IMG/VR virus record: IMGVR_UViG_3300035144_000007
Span: 1-51,596 of that record
Length of the DNA: 51,596 bases
Strand: one strand, 5' to 3'
From: a virus
Lineage: Duplodnaviria > Caudoviricetes
The position numbers and the translations under genes were made by a program. Under the pieces are notes generated by a model. The model did not search any database and had not been told where the DNA came from. It saw nothing but the letters and a program-made list of their open reading frames with translations. Position 1 is the first letter of the stretch. Each line of letters begins with the position of its first letter. Shown here piece after piece: positions 1-9,419 of this stretch.

Positions 1-135
1 ACATTTTGATGTTCTCCTTGTATATGCCTGGCGGGTTGAGAGCGGGCAGGGGGTGGGATGGAGAGAACGAAAACTGGATAGATGCCTCCCCGCCAGGCGG
101 CAATTATCGAAAATCCTAATTTTTCGTAGGAGGGG
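1..135. repeat. Terminal direct repeat, left copy
   Basis: nt 1-115 are identical to 51464-51578; the following ~20 nt are similar but not identical (CTAATTTTTCGTAGGAGGGGG vs TTAATTTTTGCGGAGGGG). Confidence 0.95.
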
Positions 136-146
136 GAAAAGGCAGA

Positions 147-347
147 ATGCCACAAGAGGAAAGCGTTTTAGAGCAACTGCGTCAAATCTTCGGCGGTGCA
201 ACTTGGGATGGTGATTTGATCTCAAAGCGCATGAGAGACCGGCTCGTTAAAGAGAAAATGGTTGAGCAAGTGAAGGGATGGAATATCATTACAGCAAAAG
301 GTGCTTTATACTTGATTGACTTGAATCTTGTTCAACCACATAACTAG
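147..347 (+). CDS. Hypothetical protein (66 aa)
   Basis: Strong SD (AGGAGGGGG) before ATG; plausible small winged-helix-like sequence. Confidence 0.7.
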   Translation: MPQEESVLEQLRQIFGGATWDGDLISKRMRDRLVKEKMVEQVKGWNIITAKGALYLIDLNLVQPHN

Positions 348-364
348 AAAGCAGGAGGGGAAAC

Positions 365-673
365 GTGTCTACTGACGAACTGAGTTTAATCGTTGGTACG
401 GTATTGTCTTTGTTCTTCTCGTACTGCCCAGGACTGAAAACGTGGTATGATAGGCAGAGCGGAGAGGTAAAGAGTCTCATCATGGCGGCGGCACTGGTTG
501 CCGTCGTTTGTGGTATTTTCGCCGTTTCCTGCTGGGGATTGTTCGATTGGGTGCAATGCTCCAGGGACGGGGCGAAGGGTCTGGCAGTGACGCTTATCCT
601 GGCACTCATTGCAAACCAACCAACCTACCTCATCACCAAGAATATCGGACGCGACTCGGCGGTCACGCAGTAG
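365..673 (+). CDS. Holin-like small membrane protein (3 TM)
   Basis: GGAGG SD and GTG start; three hydrophobic segments; PGLKTWY...K..IM pattern resembles phage holins. Confidence 0.6.
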   Translation: MSTDELSLIVGTVLSLFFSYCPGLKTWYDRQSGEVKSLIMAAALVAVVCGIFAVSCWGLFDWVQCSRDGAKGLAVTLILALIANQPTYLITKNIGRDSAVTQ

Positions 674-1139
674 TGGCCGATCTTGTCTTCTCTCCTAACG
701 TAGGCCCGTGGCGGTTTTTCTCCTTTTCACGCCACGGGCCGGAGAGGGGGAATAGGGGGGAAAAATGAACTTCGATGAGCAAGTACGACGATGGCGAAGT
801 GAGTACAGCCGTGAGGAGTGGCGACGGGCTGTCAGGTATATAGCCGGGCTTCTCAAGGAGGATAGGGCGCATGAGGCCCTTCTTTTTGCCAGGGCGTTGG
901 TGGGACACTCCTAGAGGCCGTAATGCCTGACCGCCTTTCGTCACGGAGAGGAGGGGGAAAGGGGAACTGATTTTTGATGAGTGATAAACCACTTCGGAAG
1001 GAAGGGGATGTGCGGCATTTTTGATTTGTAGCAATCCAGTTCTGGTGATGAGTCCGCCAATCTCTACCGTTTTTGGAACGTGGAGAGTAAGCGCGGCCTG
1101 GATTGCGCGGTCGTAGTCTGAGAGGTTATAGTGTTTCAT
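663..1139 (-). CDS. Hypothetical protein, weakly JAB/MPN-like
   Basis: VEIGGLI...IKNAA N-terminus recalls JAB domains, but the HxH motif is degenerate (SHQRP). Confidence 0.35.
   Translation of the reverse strand: MKHYNLSDYDRAIQAALTLHVPKTVEIGGLITRTGLLQIKNAAHPLPSEVVYHSSKISSPFPLLSVTKGGQALRPLGVSHQRPGKKKGLMRPILLEKPGYIPDSPSPLLTAVLTSPSSYLLIEVHFSPLFPLSGPWREKEKNRHGPTLGEKTRSATTA
703..740. terminator. 11-bp GC-rich hairpin between convergent genes
   Basis: GGCCCGTGGCG (703-713) / CGCCACGGGCC (730-740). Confidence 0.5.
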
Positions 1140-1368
1140 TCTTTAGTTTCCTCGCAGAATTGGCATAGAGTCGGTAGCCGTAACCGTGCTCATTGTCCCA
1201 CACGGTTACGCCGCTACGGCCTCCGCAGGCCACCAATGCGGCCTGTTCTGCCAGGCGCGGCGTCAAGCGCGTGTCCGGCATTATACCGCGCAATTGGACG
1301 ATTTCTGGCTCTCGGCCAGTTATGGCGCGGTATGTTACGCGAAGTTTTTTCCACGGATCGTTCATCAT
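1126..1368 (-). CDS. Hypothetical protein (80 aa)
   Basis: AGGAGGT SD immediately upstream. Confidence 0.75.
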   Translation of the reverse strand: MMNDPWKKLRVTYRAITGREPEIVQLRGIMPDTRLTPRLAEQAALVACGGRSGVTVWDNEHGYGYRLYANSARKLKNETL

Positions 1369-1430
1369 ACCTCCTAAGAAAAACGATGCCGCGATTGAGG
1401 CTCGCAGCGGGCCTTGGTGCTATTCGGTTG

Positions 1431-1598
1431 TCATCCTGCCTTCTGCGCGAGGTCGTGAATCTCCTGCGCGAGATCTCGAACATCAACCTCTGGCTCGACT
1501 CCGATGGCCTCGACTCCATCGGCGATCTCCTCGACGGTCATTTCTGCGACCTTCTCTACCGGCATTTCGTTTCCTGTAAACCACTCCAAGTTATTCAT
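1431..1598 (-). CDS. Small acidic hypothetical protein (55 aa, MNNLEWFTGNE...AQKAG), not in ORF track
   Basis: Translated manually; SD block AAAATTAAACAGGGAGG is shared with the 1629-1892 gene. Confidence 0.75.
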   Translation of the reverse strand: MNNLEWFTGNEMPVEKVAEMTVEEIADGVEAIGVEPEVDVRDLAQEIHDLAQKAG

Positions 1599-1628
1599 TT
1601 CGTTACCTCCCTGTTTAATTTCCGCAAA

Positions 1629-1892
1629 TTACTCGATGTATTCTTCAATCGCACTAAGATCAACGTCGGCATATTTGCGGTAGGAAACTCCGCCTCCATC
1701 GGCCTCGAATCCTCCGTCAAAGCGGTCGCGTACCGTGACCACCGGAACGGATTCGCGACCTACACGCTTACTGGAAACCGTGATACCGAGGCTATCGAAA
1801 ATGCGCTCGGCATCTGCGTATCCCGTTGCGGTCTTGCCGAGCCTTTCCAGAATTTTCTCTTGAGCTTTTCCTACCGGATAATCTCTACCCAT
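1629..1892 (-). CDS. Hypothetical protein (87 aa)
   Basis: GGGAGG SD; directly downstream of a consensus promoter. Confidence 0.8.
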   Translation of the reverse strand: MGRDYPVGKAQEKILERLGKTATGYADAERIFDSLGITVSSKRVGRESVPVVTVRDRFDGGFEADGGGVSYRKYADVDLSAIEEYIE

Positions 1893-1930
1893 TTTCTGTT
1901 GCCTCCCTGTTTAATTTTTGCTACAGTATG

Positions 1931-1959
1931 ATTATACCACATCTGTTCAGATTTGTCAA
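1931..1959 (-). promoter_or_regulatory. Sigma70-type promoter
   Basis: TTGACA-17 nt-TATAAT with extended TG. Confidence 0.9.
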
Positions 1960-2059
1960 CAGTTTTGATGTATTAGTTATTAGTCTAAAAGAAACTGTAA
2001 CTCTTTGTTCTAGTTTTGTTCTATAGAGCATTTGTGATAGTTTGGGATAAGATTGGGAT

Positions 2060-2707
2060 ATGACTGACCGACCGTGGAACTGGGATAATCCACTACAACG
2101 CTGCCCGGAACTCGGAGAGAGTCGGGCGGCGAACCAGGGCCTCCGTGATTACGCGATGATGGGGGCGCGTCGGTCGTTGCGGTCATTATTGGATAGGTAT
2201 AAAAAACAAAAAGACAACAGTCCGTCAACAAGACCGCCTACGTGTAAATTCAACACAATCGGCAGGTGGTCACAAAATTATGATTGGGTCGCCCGCGTCA
2301 ATCGCTGGCAGGAACTAGAGCAAGAACGGACACAGAGAGAATGGCGCGACCGTCACGACGAGATTCGAGAGCAGGGGTGGGGCGCTGGACAGTCTCTCAT
2401 TGACCGCGCTGAAAAAATGTTAGCCTTTCCTCTAAGTACGCAAAAAGTCACGAAAGAGGAGATGTCACCGGACGGCACTCAGATAATCCAGCACATCACG
2501 ATTGAGGCAACAGACTGGACCAATAATACAATCTCTACGATGCTCAAGACAGCGATTGACCTGTGCCGGATGGCAACGGGCTTGGAAACAGAGCGCGTGA
2601 AAATGGATGCGACTGTTACTCAGCTAACCGCCGACGACCTGGCCGTCGCCTCTGCCAATGCAGAGGATTGGGAAAAAGAACAGTTTGGGAATGACCAGAA
2701 TGAGTGA
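2060..2707 (+). CDS. terS: Terminase small subunit-like protein
   Basis: GES.AA...DY.MMGA.RSL and WS..Y.WV.R motifs; helical C-terminus; first gene of the packaging module. Confidence 0.6.
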   Translation: MTDRPWNWDNPLQRCPELGESRAANQGLRDYAMMGARRSLRSLLDRYKKQKDNSPSTRPPTCKFNTIGRWSQNYDWVARVNRWQELEQERTQREWRDRHDEIREQGWGAGQSLIDRAEKMLAFPLSTQKVTKEEMSPDGTQIIQHITIEATDWTNNTISTMLKTAIDLCRMATGLETERVKMDATVTQLTADDLAVASANAEDWEKEQFGNDQNE

Positions 2708-2770
2708 CGGAATGGCTAGAAAATGAGATTGACCGCTTCAACGAGGAGCAGTTTGAGAATGGAGGGGAAG

Positions 2771-3190
2771 ATGTCGAGATATAGAATTCATGAGCCGTTA
2801 TTGCTAGGTGAGGAGTCGGGGCATATCAGATTCAGGGAGGCGGCGATTGAGACGGCTCTCAAATCTCTGGATTGGTGCCCAGTTTTTATTTGTGATGGCA
2901 GTGTCCCAAACAGGCCGGGGGACATGCTTGTGGGATATGCCCGTGCGCTTAATAGCGGAGTTGTATTCTACACACTCCGAGAGTTGGATCATGAGAATTT
3001 GCGACCGTGGTTTAGCATGCTGTCTCAGATAGATATTGAGGAAAATCGAGATGTTGAGATTGACGGCAGGCTCGACAGTCGCCTTCACAAAATAGCCTAT
3101 ATCGGATTATTGTCGAGAGAGAACTGGGGTGGCTGGCTGGAAAAACTGAACGATGGCAATCTAGCCACTGATGGGTTGGAAAATGACTAG
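2771..3190 (+). CDS. Hypothetical protein, paralog 1 of a tandem triplet
   Basis: MSRYRIHEPLLLGEE...GWLEKL; GGAGG SD. Confidence 0.8.
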   Translation: MSRYRIHEPLLLGEESGHIRFREAAIETALKSLDWCPVFICDGSVPNRPGDMLVGYARALNSGVVFYTLRELDHENLRPWFSMLSQIDIEENRDVEIDGRLDSRLHKIAYIGLLSRENWGGWLEKLNDGNLATDGLEND

Positions 3191-3575
3191 ATATAGAATT
3201 CATAGTCCGTGGCTAAATGGTGAGGAGGCGAATGGTATCAGTCTATTGCCACCGGCAGTTGAGCGACTGAAGGCTGTTTCTATAAGTATCCCCGTTTTTT
3301 TGGGCGAAGTATCCATAAATGAGATTCCGCCAGAAAAATCTTACGGGAGAGTCGTCGACTATGAGGGCGATCTGGCGATTGAATTTGCACAACCAGTACC
3401 AGATAATATTGACAATCTCGCACCGTCTTTTTCTATCCGGGCACAAACTGGGGTGGGGGAAAACGAGGCCAACGTTGTCGAGAACGGGAAGTCATGTAGC
3501 CAATTCCTGGGTGTTGATTGTTTGTGTCTTGTTAACCAAGATAAATGCAATGGATGGCTGGAGAAGATGAGCTAA
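3183..3575 (+). CDS. Hypothetical protein, paralog 2
   Basis: MTRYRIHSPWLNGEEANGI...GWLEKM. Confidence 0.85.
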   Translation: MTRYRIHSPWLNGEEANGISLLPPAVERLKAVSISIPVFLGEVSINEIPPEKSYGRVVDYEGDLAIEFAQPVPDNIDNLAPSFSIRAQTGVGENEANVVENGKSCSQFLGVDCLCLVNQDKCNGWLEKMS

Positions 3576-4039
3576 TGCCGACATATAGGATACATAGTCC
3601 GTGGCTTTCTGGCGAGGAGGCAAATGGTATCAGGTTGCTACCATCAGCCATTGACAAACTGCGAGCAAGCGTACTTGGCAGGCCAGTCGCTGTGGGAGAT
3701 GGCAGGCAGCGCATTAACGAGAGTGATGTGGTTGGATGGGTACAACTATTTAAGGGCATTCCTGAATTTGAGACCGTGCCCGTTGTATTGATAATCTGCA
3801 ATCGCTGCGGATCGCCTTTACCAGTGATGAATAATTGTATTAGGTGCCACAATCCACTAGATGATCCCCTGGTGAATTTAAGGCCAGTATTTTGTATTGA
3901 GGTGAGAGTCTGTGAGCAGGATTCTGAGGACGCGAATGTTCTACAGGATAATATACTAGATGGCGAATTCATACGAGTGAGACACGTTTTACTTATTGAT
4001 AGCGCTGATTGCGCTGGTAGGCTAGAACGAATTGACTAA
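3575..4039 (+). CDS. Hypothetical protein, paralog 3, with Zn-ribbon insert
   Basis: MPTYRIHSPWLSGEEANGI...CNRC...CIRC...GRLERID; TAATG coupling at both ends. Confidence 0.85.
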   Translation: MPTYRIHSPWLSGEEANGIRLLPSAIDKLRASVLGRPVAVGDGRQRINESDVVGWVQLFKGIPEFETVPVVLIICNRCGSPLPVMNNCIRCHNPLDDPLVNLRPVFCIEVRVCEQDSEDANVLQDNILDGEFIRVRHVLLIDSADCAGRLERID

Positions 4040-5463
4040 TGTCCCGGCTGACTAATGAGCAACAAGAGTACCTAAAATGCAAGGCAAATCCAGTTTACTT
4101 CATTTTCAACTACTGCAAAATCCTAGACCCTGTGGCCGGAGAATGGATACCGTTCAAGTTGTGGCCGGAGCAACGGGATACTGTCAATGCGCTGAAAGAG
4201 AATCGGCTTATCATCATCCTCAAGGCGCGGCAGCTGGGGCTGACGTGGCTATGTCTGGCCTATGCTCTGTGGTTAATGGTTTTTCAACCGATAGCGGTAG
4301 TACTGTTGTTTTCACGGAGAGATACAGAGGCAATGGCGTTGTTGGGTCGGATGAAGGATATGTACAAACTTCTACCGACCTGGGCGCAGGCGAGAGAGAC
4401 GGAGATGGATAGCGCTCACGTGTTCAAATTATCTCTCGGCTCGGAGGCGCGGGCGTTCCCAACAACGGCGGGCGACTCATACACAGGGACATTTGCACTG
4501 GTAGACGAGGCTGATTTAGTGGGCAATTTGAACTGGCTAATGCGGGCAGTGAAGCCGACAATTGACGGCGGTGGGCAGATGGTGCTCCTCAGCCGGTCAG
4601 ACAAGACACGCCCCGCATCAGAGTTCAAGCGAACGTTTAGGGCGGCGCGGAAAGCCCAAGTCCCCTGGCATCCGATCTTCCTCCCCTGGCACGTCCATCC
4701 GAACCGTGGCCAGGCCTGGTATGAGGAGCAGAGGCGTGACATATTTGCACGAACCGGTTCACTGGATGATTTGCACGAACAGTATCCTGCCACTGAGGAT
4801 GAGGCTCTATCGGCGGCAGAGAAGGGGAAGCGATTTGCCAAGGCGTGGTTAGAATCTTGCTACAGAGAGAGTGAGCCAATAGAGCAGCATAACGGGCCTT
4901 CTATTCCTGGGATGGAGGTCTACGTTACCCCGAAGCCCGGGCGACGTTACGTCATCGGTGCGGACCCGGCGGAGGGCAATCCATCATCGAATGATAGCGC
5001 GTTCACGGTGATGGAGGAACAGTCAATGGAGGAGGCCGCGGCATTATCGGCAAAACTAGAGCCATCTGAGTTCACCGCTGCTATTGACAAAGCGGGGCGA
5101 TGGTACAATAATGCCAACGTTTTGGTAGAGCGCAATAACCACGGCCACGCTGTACTCCTGTGGCTGGCGCAAATATCGCCACTGAGAATCCTGACCGGCC
5201 TAGACAACAAGCCCGGCTGGCAAACGAACGTCCACAGTAAGTCGCTAATGTATGACCTGGCCGCCGACTGCTTTCGGGACGGCGCAGCGAAAATCCACTC
5301 GCTGGAGACCTACCTGCAACTATCCAGTATCGAGGCGTCGACGCTCCGTGCACCAGAGGGGGAACTTGACGACCGCGCTACCTCCTACTGCCTCGCGCAA
5401 CTAGCGACGATGGCGATTGATGATCAGGTGATCTACGACAACTCAATTCGGGTGAATCTGTAA
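4039..5463 (+). CDS. terL: Terminase large subunit (T4 gp17-like)
   Basis: LKARQLGLT Walker A, LVDEA Walker B, IGADPAEG / VERNNHG / DD nuclease motifs. Confidence 0.95.
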   Translation: MSRLTNEQQEYLKCKANPVYFIFNYCKILDPVAGEWIPFKLWPEQRDTVNALKENRLIIILKARQLGLTWLCLAYALWLMVFQPIAVVLLFSRRDTEAMALLGRMKDMYKLLPTWAQARETEMDSAHVFKLSLGSEARAFPTTAGDSYTGTFALVDEADLVGNLNWLMRAVKPTIDGGGQMVLLSRSDKTRPASEFKRTFRAARKAQVPWHPIFLPWHVHPNRGQAWYEEQRRDIFARTGSLDDLHEQYPATEDEALSAAEKGKRFAKAWLESCYRESEPIEQHNGPSIPGMEVYVTPKPGRRYVIGADPAEGNPSSNDSAFTVMEEQSMEEAAALSAKLEPSEFTAAIDKAGRWYNNANVLVERNNHGHAVLLWLAQISPLRILTGLDNKPGWQTNVHSKSLMYDLAADCFRDGAAKIHSLETYLQLSSIEASTLRAPEGELDDRATSYCLAQLATMAIDDQVIYDNSIRVNL

Positions 5464-5470
5464 GGAGAAA

Positions 5471-5899
5471 ATGGAACTAGATATAAAGGATTTCTCACCA
5501 CCAAGAAGCTCGGACGTAGATATTAGTGAGATAGTTGCAGTCCAATGGGTGAAACTCGACAGATTGATGAGACTGCCTATAATTGATACTCACTGTGTCA
5601 GTGGAAGACCCGGGCTGGTTGGAGTAAATTCCAGGCAGGGATATTGTATTACAGTAGACGAGCAAGGCATTCCTCTTAGTGACTATATTGACAGCCTGGG
5701 AATTGGATTCGCCAGCGGTGGATTTCGTATTCTGGTACGCGCATACCAAACCATTGATCCTGAATACCAACCGGAACGTCGATTTCGCATAATCGTTGTG
5801 GTACATTTGGAGGATAGGCAGGGGTTACAGTTCGCAGCCAGGGCTGGGATTGCTGGCCCGTCGATGGTGGCGATAATGGGCTACCTGGAGAGCCTGTAA
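5471..5899 (+). CDS. Hypothetical protein
   Basis: AAGGAG SD; in operon. Confidence 0.7.
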   Translation: MELDIKDFSPPRSSDVDISEIVAVQWVKLDRLMRLPIIDTHCVSGRPGLVGVNSRQGYCITVDEQGIPLSDYIDSLGIGFASGGFRILVRAYQTIDPEYQPERRFRIIVVVHLEDRQGLQFAARAGIAGPSMVAIMGYLESL

Positions 5900-6142
5900 A
5901 TGAGCGGTCTTGACGATGCAGCTATACCATTGCTCAGCGCAGAGTGGACAAAAGCCAGAAAGGACACATATGCATTTTGTCACGGATGCAATTCTATTTA
6001 CATTGACGATCTGCCAAATTATGGCAGCATCATATGTCCTGTATGTTCTTTGGACGTGGATTATATGCGCTGCGTCAGACGTAGATTGAGCGAAGAAGAA
6101 GCGGCGCAACTTTTGGAGAGCAGCAAGGATGTTACTGACTAA
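5900..6142 (+). CDS. Zn-ribbon protein
   Basis: CHGC...CPVC; abuts the upstream stop. Confidence 0.65.
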   Translation: MSGLDDAAIPLLSAEWTKARKDTYAFCHGCNSIYIDDLPNYGSIICPVCSLDVDYMRCVRRRLSEEEAAQLLESSKDVTD

Positions 6143-6161
6143 TCGCCAACTTATCCTAATC

Positions 6162-6190
6162 TTGCTAAAAGCCCTACATCGTGGTATAAT
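6162..6190 (+). promoter_or_regulatory. Sigma70-type promoter
   Basis: TTGCTA-17 nt-TATAAT with TG extension. Confidence 0.7.
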
Positions 6191-6238
6191 GCAGTTTGTG
6201 AAAAGCGGCCTGGTAGTCGTAATTGAGGAGTTGGAGAG

Positions 6239-6502
6239 ATGCTAAACAAGGTGCTCGAATCCGAAATAGCCGCAGTTCTCCAGCAACATGGCGTAAAATC
6301 CCTGCTAGAGCAAAATCTAATAATTGAGATTGCGCTTATTGAAGGACAGAATGAGGAACATCAATACAAATTATTAGCCCGACTTTTCTCGGTTGAAAAA
6401 GATAGTCATCAATGGCATAACTCAATAAAAGAGCATCTTGCAGGAATGAGAATTCTTGGTCGTTCATTGAAAGACATTTCCGAAAAATTAGAATATTGGT
6501 AA
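6239..6502 (+). CDS. Hypothetical protein (moron-like)
   Basis: Has its own promoter, SD and downstream terminator; lower GC. Confidence 0.65.
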   Translation: MLNKVLESEIAAVLQQHGVKSLLEQNLIIEIALIEGQNEEHQYKLLARLFSVEKDSHQWHNSIKEHLAGMRILGRSLKDISEKLEYW

Positions 6503-6568
6503 AATCAAATAGCTAGTTTCTGGCCCGCGCTTAACGCTCCGGTCGAGAACGAGGCCGCCGTCGAATTT

Positions 6569-6617
6569 GACGCCCGCCTGATTCGCAGAAATGCGAGTTG
6601 GGCGGGCGTTTTGGTTT
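6569..6617 (+). terminator. Long hairpin with U-tract
   Basis: GACGCCCGCCTGATTCGCA-GAAA-TGCGAGTTGGGCGGGCGTT then TTGGTTT. Confidence 0.7.
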
Positions 6618-6852
6618 ATGATTATGATAGGTATAGTCGTAGAAAAAATAGCGGATGCACTGGGGGTGAATGGTACTACTACTCCGCAGCCCTGTGCCGA
6701 TCTATGTCGCTTTGAGTGCTCAGAGTGTGGTGGGATGGCTACGCTATTGATATGCGGAAAATGTCGAGACTGTGCTTCAGAATTGCACGAATGGGCCTAT
6801 GAGAAAATCAAACTCACGGATAACCAGAGACGCGAAATGAGGAGAGTCACCA

Positions 6853-8538
6853 GTGCCAACTCTCAGAGAAAGACTGTTTAACGCACTAATGCCGTCTGGC
6901 GTCAGGCGTGTGCTGGAGAGTGTCGAGGCGCAATTAGCTGAGCCAGGATGGATTCGTCTTTCTCCCTACGGGACTACTGACCTATCTGACGATCCGATTG
7001 TCCGTGAAGATGCGCTAGTCGCCAGTCGTCAATATCGCCAACGAGACCCCCTCTATAGTCGTGCAATCAGACTGACCAGAAATTACACGTTTGGTCGCGG
7101 CATATCCTGGCGGGCGGCTGATGATAAGGTCGGCGAGGTTATCCAGAAATTTTTGGATGATAAGGACAATTCTATCCTTGCGCGGGCCTCCGGCCAGTGG
7201 GAACTAGCTGACCGGCTGCTGGAGGACGGCGAACAGTTTTTCCCTCTCTTTGTCAATGCCTATGACGGCTCTGTGAAAATCTCCATTGTAGAGCCAGAAG
7301 AAATTCAGCGCATAATCACCCATCCCGAAAGCAAATATACCCCGCTCTATTATGAGCGGCAATGGACGTTACAGCCGTTCGATTGGCAAGCGAAGCAGTA
7401 CAGCGGGACTCGAATCATCACCGACTACTATCCTGATTGGTCAGTGCCAGAGACACAATTGCCGGAAACGGCAGAAGCGAGGCGGGCAGGGGCGCAGATT
7501 GCGCTAATGTCGTGCGAGCATTGCGGTGTAGCATTGCGCGAGGCCGTTCGCGAAGATTGCCCGAATTGCGGAGCAGAAATTACAGAGTCTCACGGTAACG
7601 ACCAAGACCCCAGCGGCACGCGGTACTCCACCGTCGCTGTATTCGGCGACACAGGCGAGCCTCTCACCTATGTCTACATGACGCAGTTGAAAGCTGGCGG
7701 TCGTGGGCTTAGGTCATTGCCGCCGTTTTACTCAGGCATCACCTGGGTTAAGGGCTACAAGGGATTTATGGAGGATAGGGCCACGCTAACGCTAGCCGGG
7801 GCGACGTTTGCGTTCGTCGCAAAAATCAAGGGCAATCTTGCTGCGGTGCGCCGAATGGCGTCGCAGTGGGGGAGCGCGACATTAGGGCGGTATGGCGGGA
7901 CTGGTGGGCGCGTGCGGAGAGAGGGCGCGCAAACGTTGATGGGGAACGAGGCATTCGACTTGCAACAAATGCAGTTTGATTCACGCGCCGGGAATGCCTA
8001 CCAGGATGGCCGAATGCTCCGCCAACAGGTAAGCGCGGCAACTGACATTACTGAGCCGGACCTGACCGGCGATCCGTCAGTAGGCAATCTTGCTTCGATG
8101 ACGGCGATGAATGGCCCTCAGCTGAAAGGATTTGAATCCTGGCAGCAGCTATTCAAAGATTTTTACACAGATGTTTTCGATTTCGTCATCCGAATGGCTT
8201 TGCTCCATGGTGACCTGACATTGATAGACGAGAATGGCAATGAGCGCGACTTGGCCGTCGAGGTTGACTTTCCTCCTATTATCCAAAAAGACCTTCCGCA
8301 AATTATCAGCGCAGTCGCCTCCCTCGTAAACGCGCAGGCCGCCTCCGGCAGAGAGTACGTCCCGCCGAAACGACTGGCGGCCTATATCCTCGAAGCGTTT
8401 GGGGAAACGGATGTGCAAATCGCACTTGAGGAACTGAACTTCGGTAAATTGCCGGAGATTCAACAGCTACCGGACGGGGCAGCAGATGCGCTTGATAATC
8501 TAGCAGCGGCATTGCAGGAGGCTGCCAATGCTCAGTGA
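6853..8538 (+). CDS. Portal protein
   Basis: 561 aa after terL; DGEQF and GD...GNLAS..AMN.P motifs; VEVDFPPI; AGGAG SD and GTG start. Confidence 0.85.
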   Translation: MPTLRERLFNALMPSGVRRVLESVEAQLAEPGWIRLSPYGTTDLSDDPIVREDALVASRQYRQRDPLYSRAIRLTRNYTFGRGISWRAADDKVGEVIQKFLDDKDNSILARASGQWELADRLLEDGEQFFPLFVNAYDGSVKISIVEPEEIQRIITHPESKYTPLYYERQWTLQPFDWQAKQYSGTRIITDYYPDWSVPETQLPETAEARRAGAQIALMSCEHCGVALREAVREDCPNCGAEITESHGNDQDPSGTRYSTVAVFGDTGEPLTYVYMTQLKAGGRGLRSLPPFYSGITWVKGYKGFMEDRATLTLAGATFAFVAKIKGNLAAVRRMASQWGSATLGRYGGTGGRVRREGAQTLMGNEAFDLQQMQFDSRAGNAYQDGRMLRQQVSAATDITEPDLTGDPSVGNLASMTAMNGPQLKGFESWQQLFKDFYTDVFDFVIRMALLHGDLTLIDENGNERDLAVEVDFPPIIQKDLPQIISAVASLVNAQAASGREYVPPKRLAAYILEAFGETDVQIALEELNFGKLPEIQQLPDGAADALDNLAAALQEAANAQ

Positions 8539-9412
8539 TGCCAGCCTAGCCGTTAGGGATATGCGACCGCTGACCTACAGGTCGCAGGCGCATAGGTTAT
8601 TATACGAGGCATCCGGTCACCAGGGCAATGCTGGCAAATTGGTTCTCCGAATAGTCCAGCTAGGATGGTGGGCCGGTGGTGGTGTTGGCATACCTCCACT
8701 ACAGTCAATGAATCTATCTCGGCGTGAGGGACAGTCTACTATTGATTTACTCCACGAGATCTACGTGATGGGCCACGACTACGCCGTTCTATTGGAGCAA
8801 TTGACGACGCCACAGCCGGCATTGAAAAAATCAGAGACCAACTTCGGTATCGGGTTGCGGAAAACCGCAATCAGATTGTGGCGAGGCCAGACGACGAAGG
8901 CGGAGTTTATCAACGCTTTTTGGTTCGGGGTTGAACGCGGATTGTGGCGGGCCGCGCTGGAGGGCATTGGTTCTCTTGGCTTCGCAGAGGATGAGTTGTC
9001 ACCAACTGAGGTAGCCAAGCTGAATTCTATCATTGACGCAACGCGAGCCTATATTCCCGGCCTGGCAGATTGGATCGAGCAGAATAGTCAGGCTAACGGT
9101 GGTGTATTCCAGTCCGTCACGAATCGAGTAACGCAGAACTGGGTCAATCGCTATCAGCAGGTTTTCCAGCAGGCCCAGGCGTTAGTCGGACGGGACCTGA
9201 AGGCAATGTGGACTTTAGGAATTGCAGAGCACTGCAAGAGTTGTCTAAAGCTGGCCGGGAAAATCCGCCGCTGGTCGTGGTGGAATGAACACGGGATTTT
9301 GCCGCGCGTCCCTGGGGCTGAGTATTTGGAATGTCGAGGTTACCGTTGACAATGCAGCTTGAAACCGACGACTGGTCAGTTGTCGCCGGGCAAAATGCCG
9401 AGACTGCCATAG
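8528..9412 (+). CDS. Head morphogenesis (MuF/gp7-like) protein, probably read through TGA 9347-9349 as selenocysteine
   Basis: W.LG.AEHC.SC motif and ECRGYR*QCSL; frame stays open 20 codons to TAG 9410-9412, just before the next gene's SD. Confidence 0.75.
9366..9385 (+). promoter_or_regulatory. Candidate bacterial SECIS hairpin
   Basis: CGACGACT-GGTC-AGTTGTCG; apical loop starts with GGU 24 nt after the UGA. Confidence 0.65.
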
Positions 9413-9419
9413 AGGAAAA

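Noticed and set aside
1131-1931. 266-aa plus-strand ORF
   Set aside because: Antisense to three minus-strand genes that have SDs and a consensus promoter
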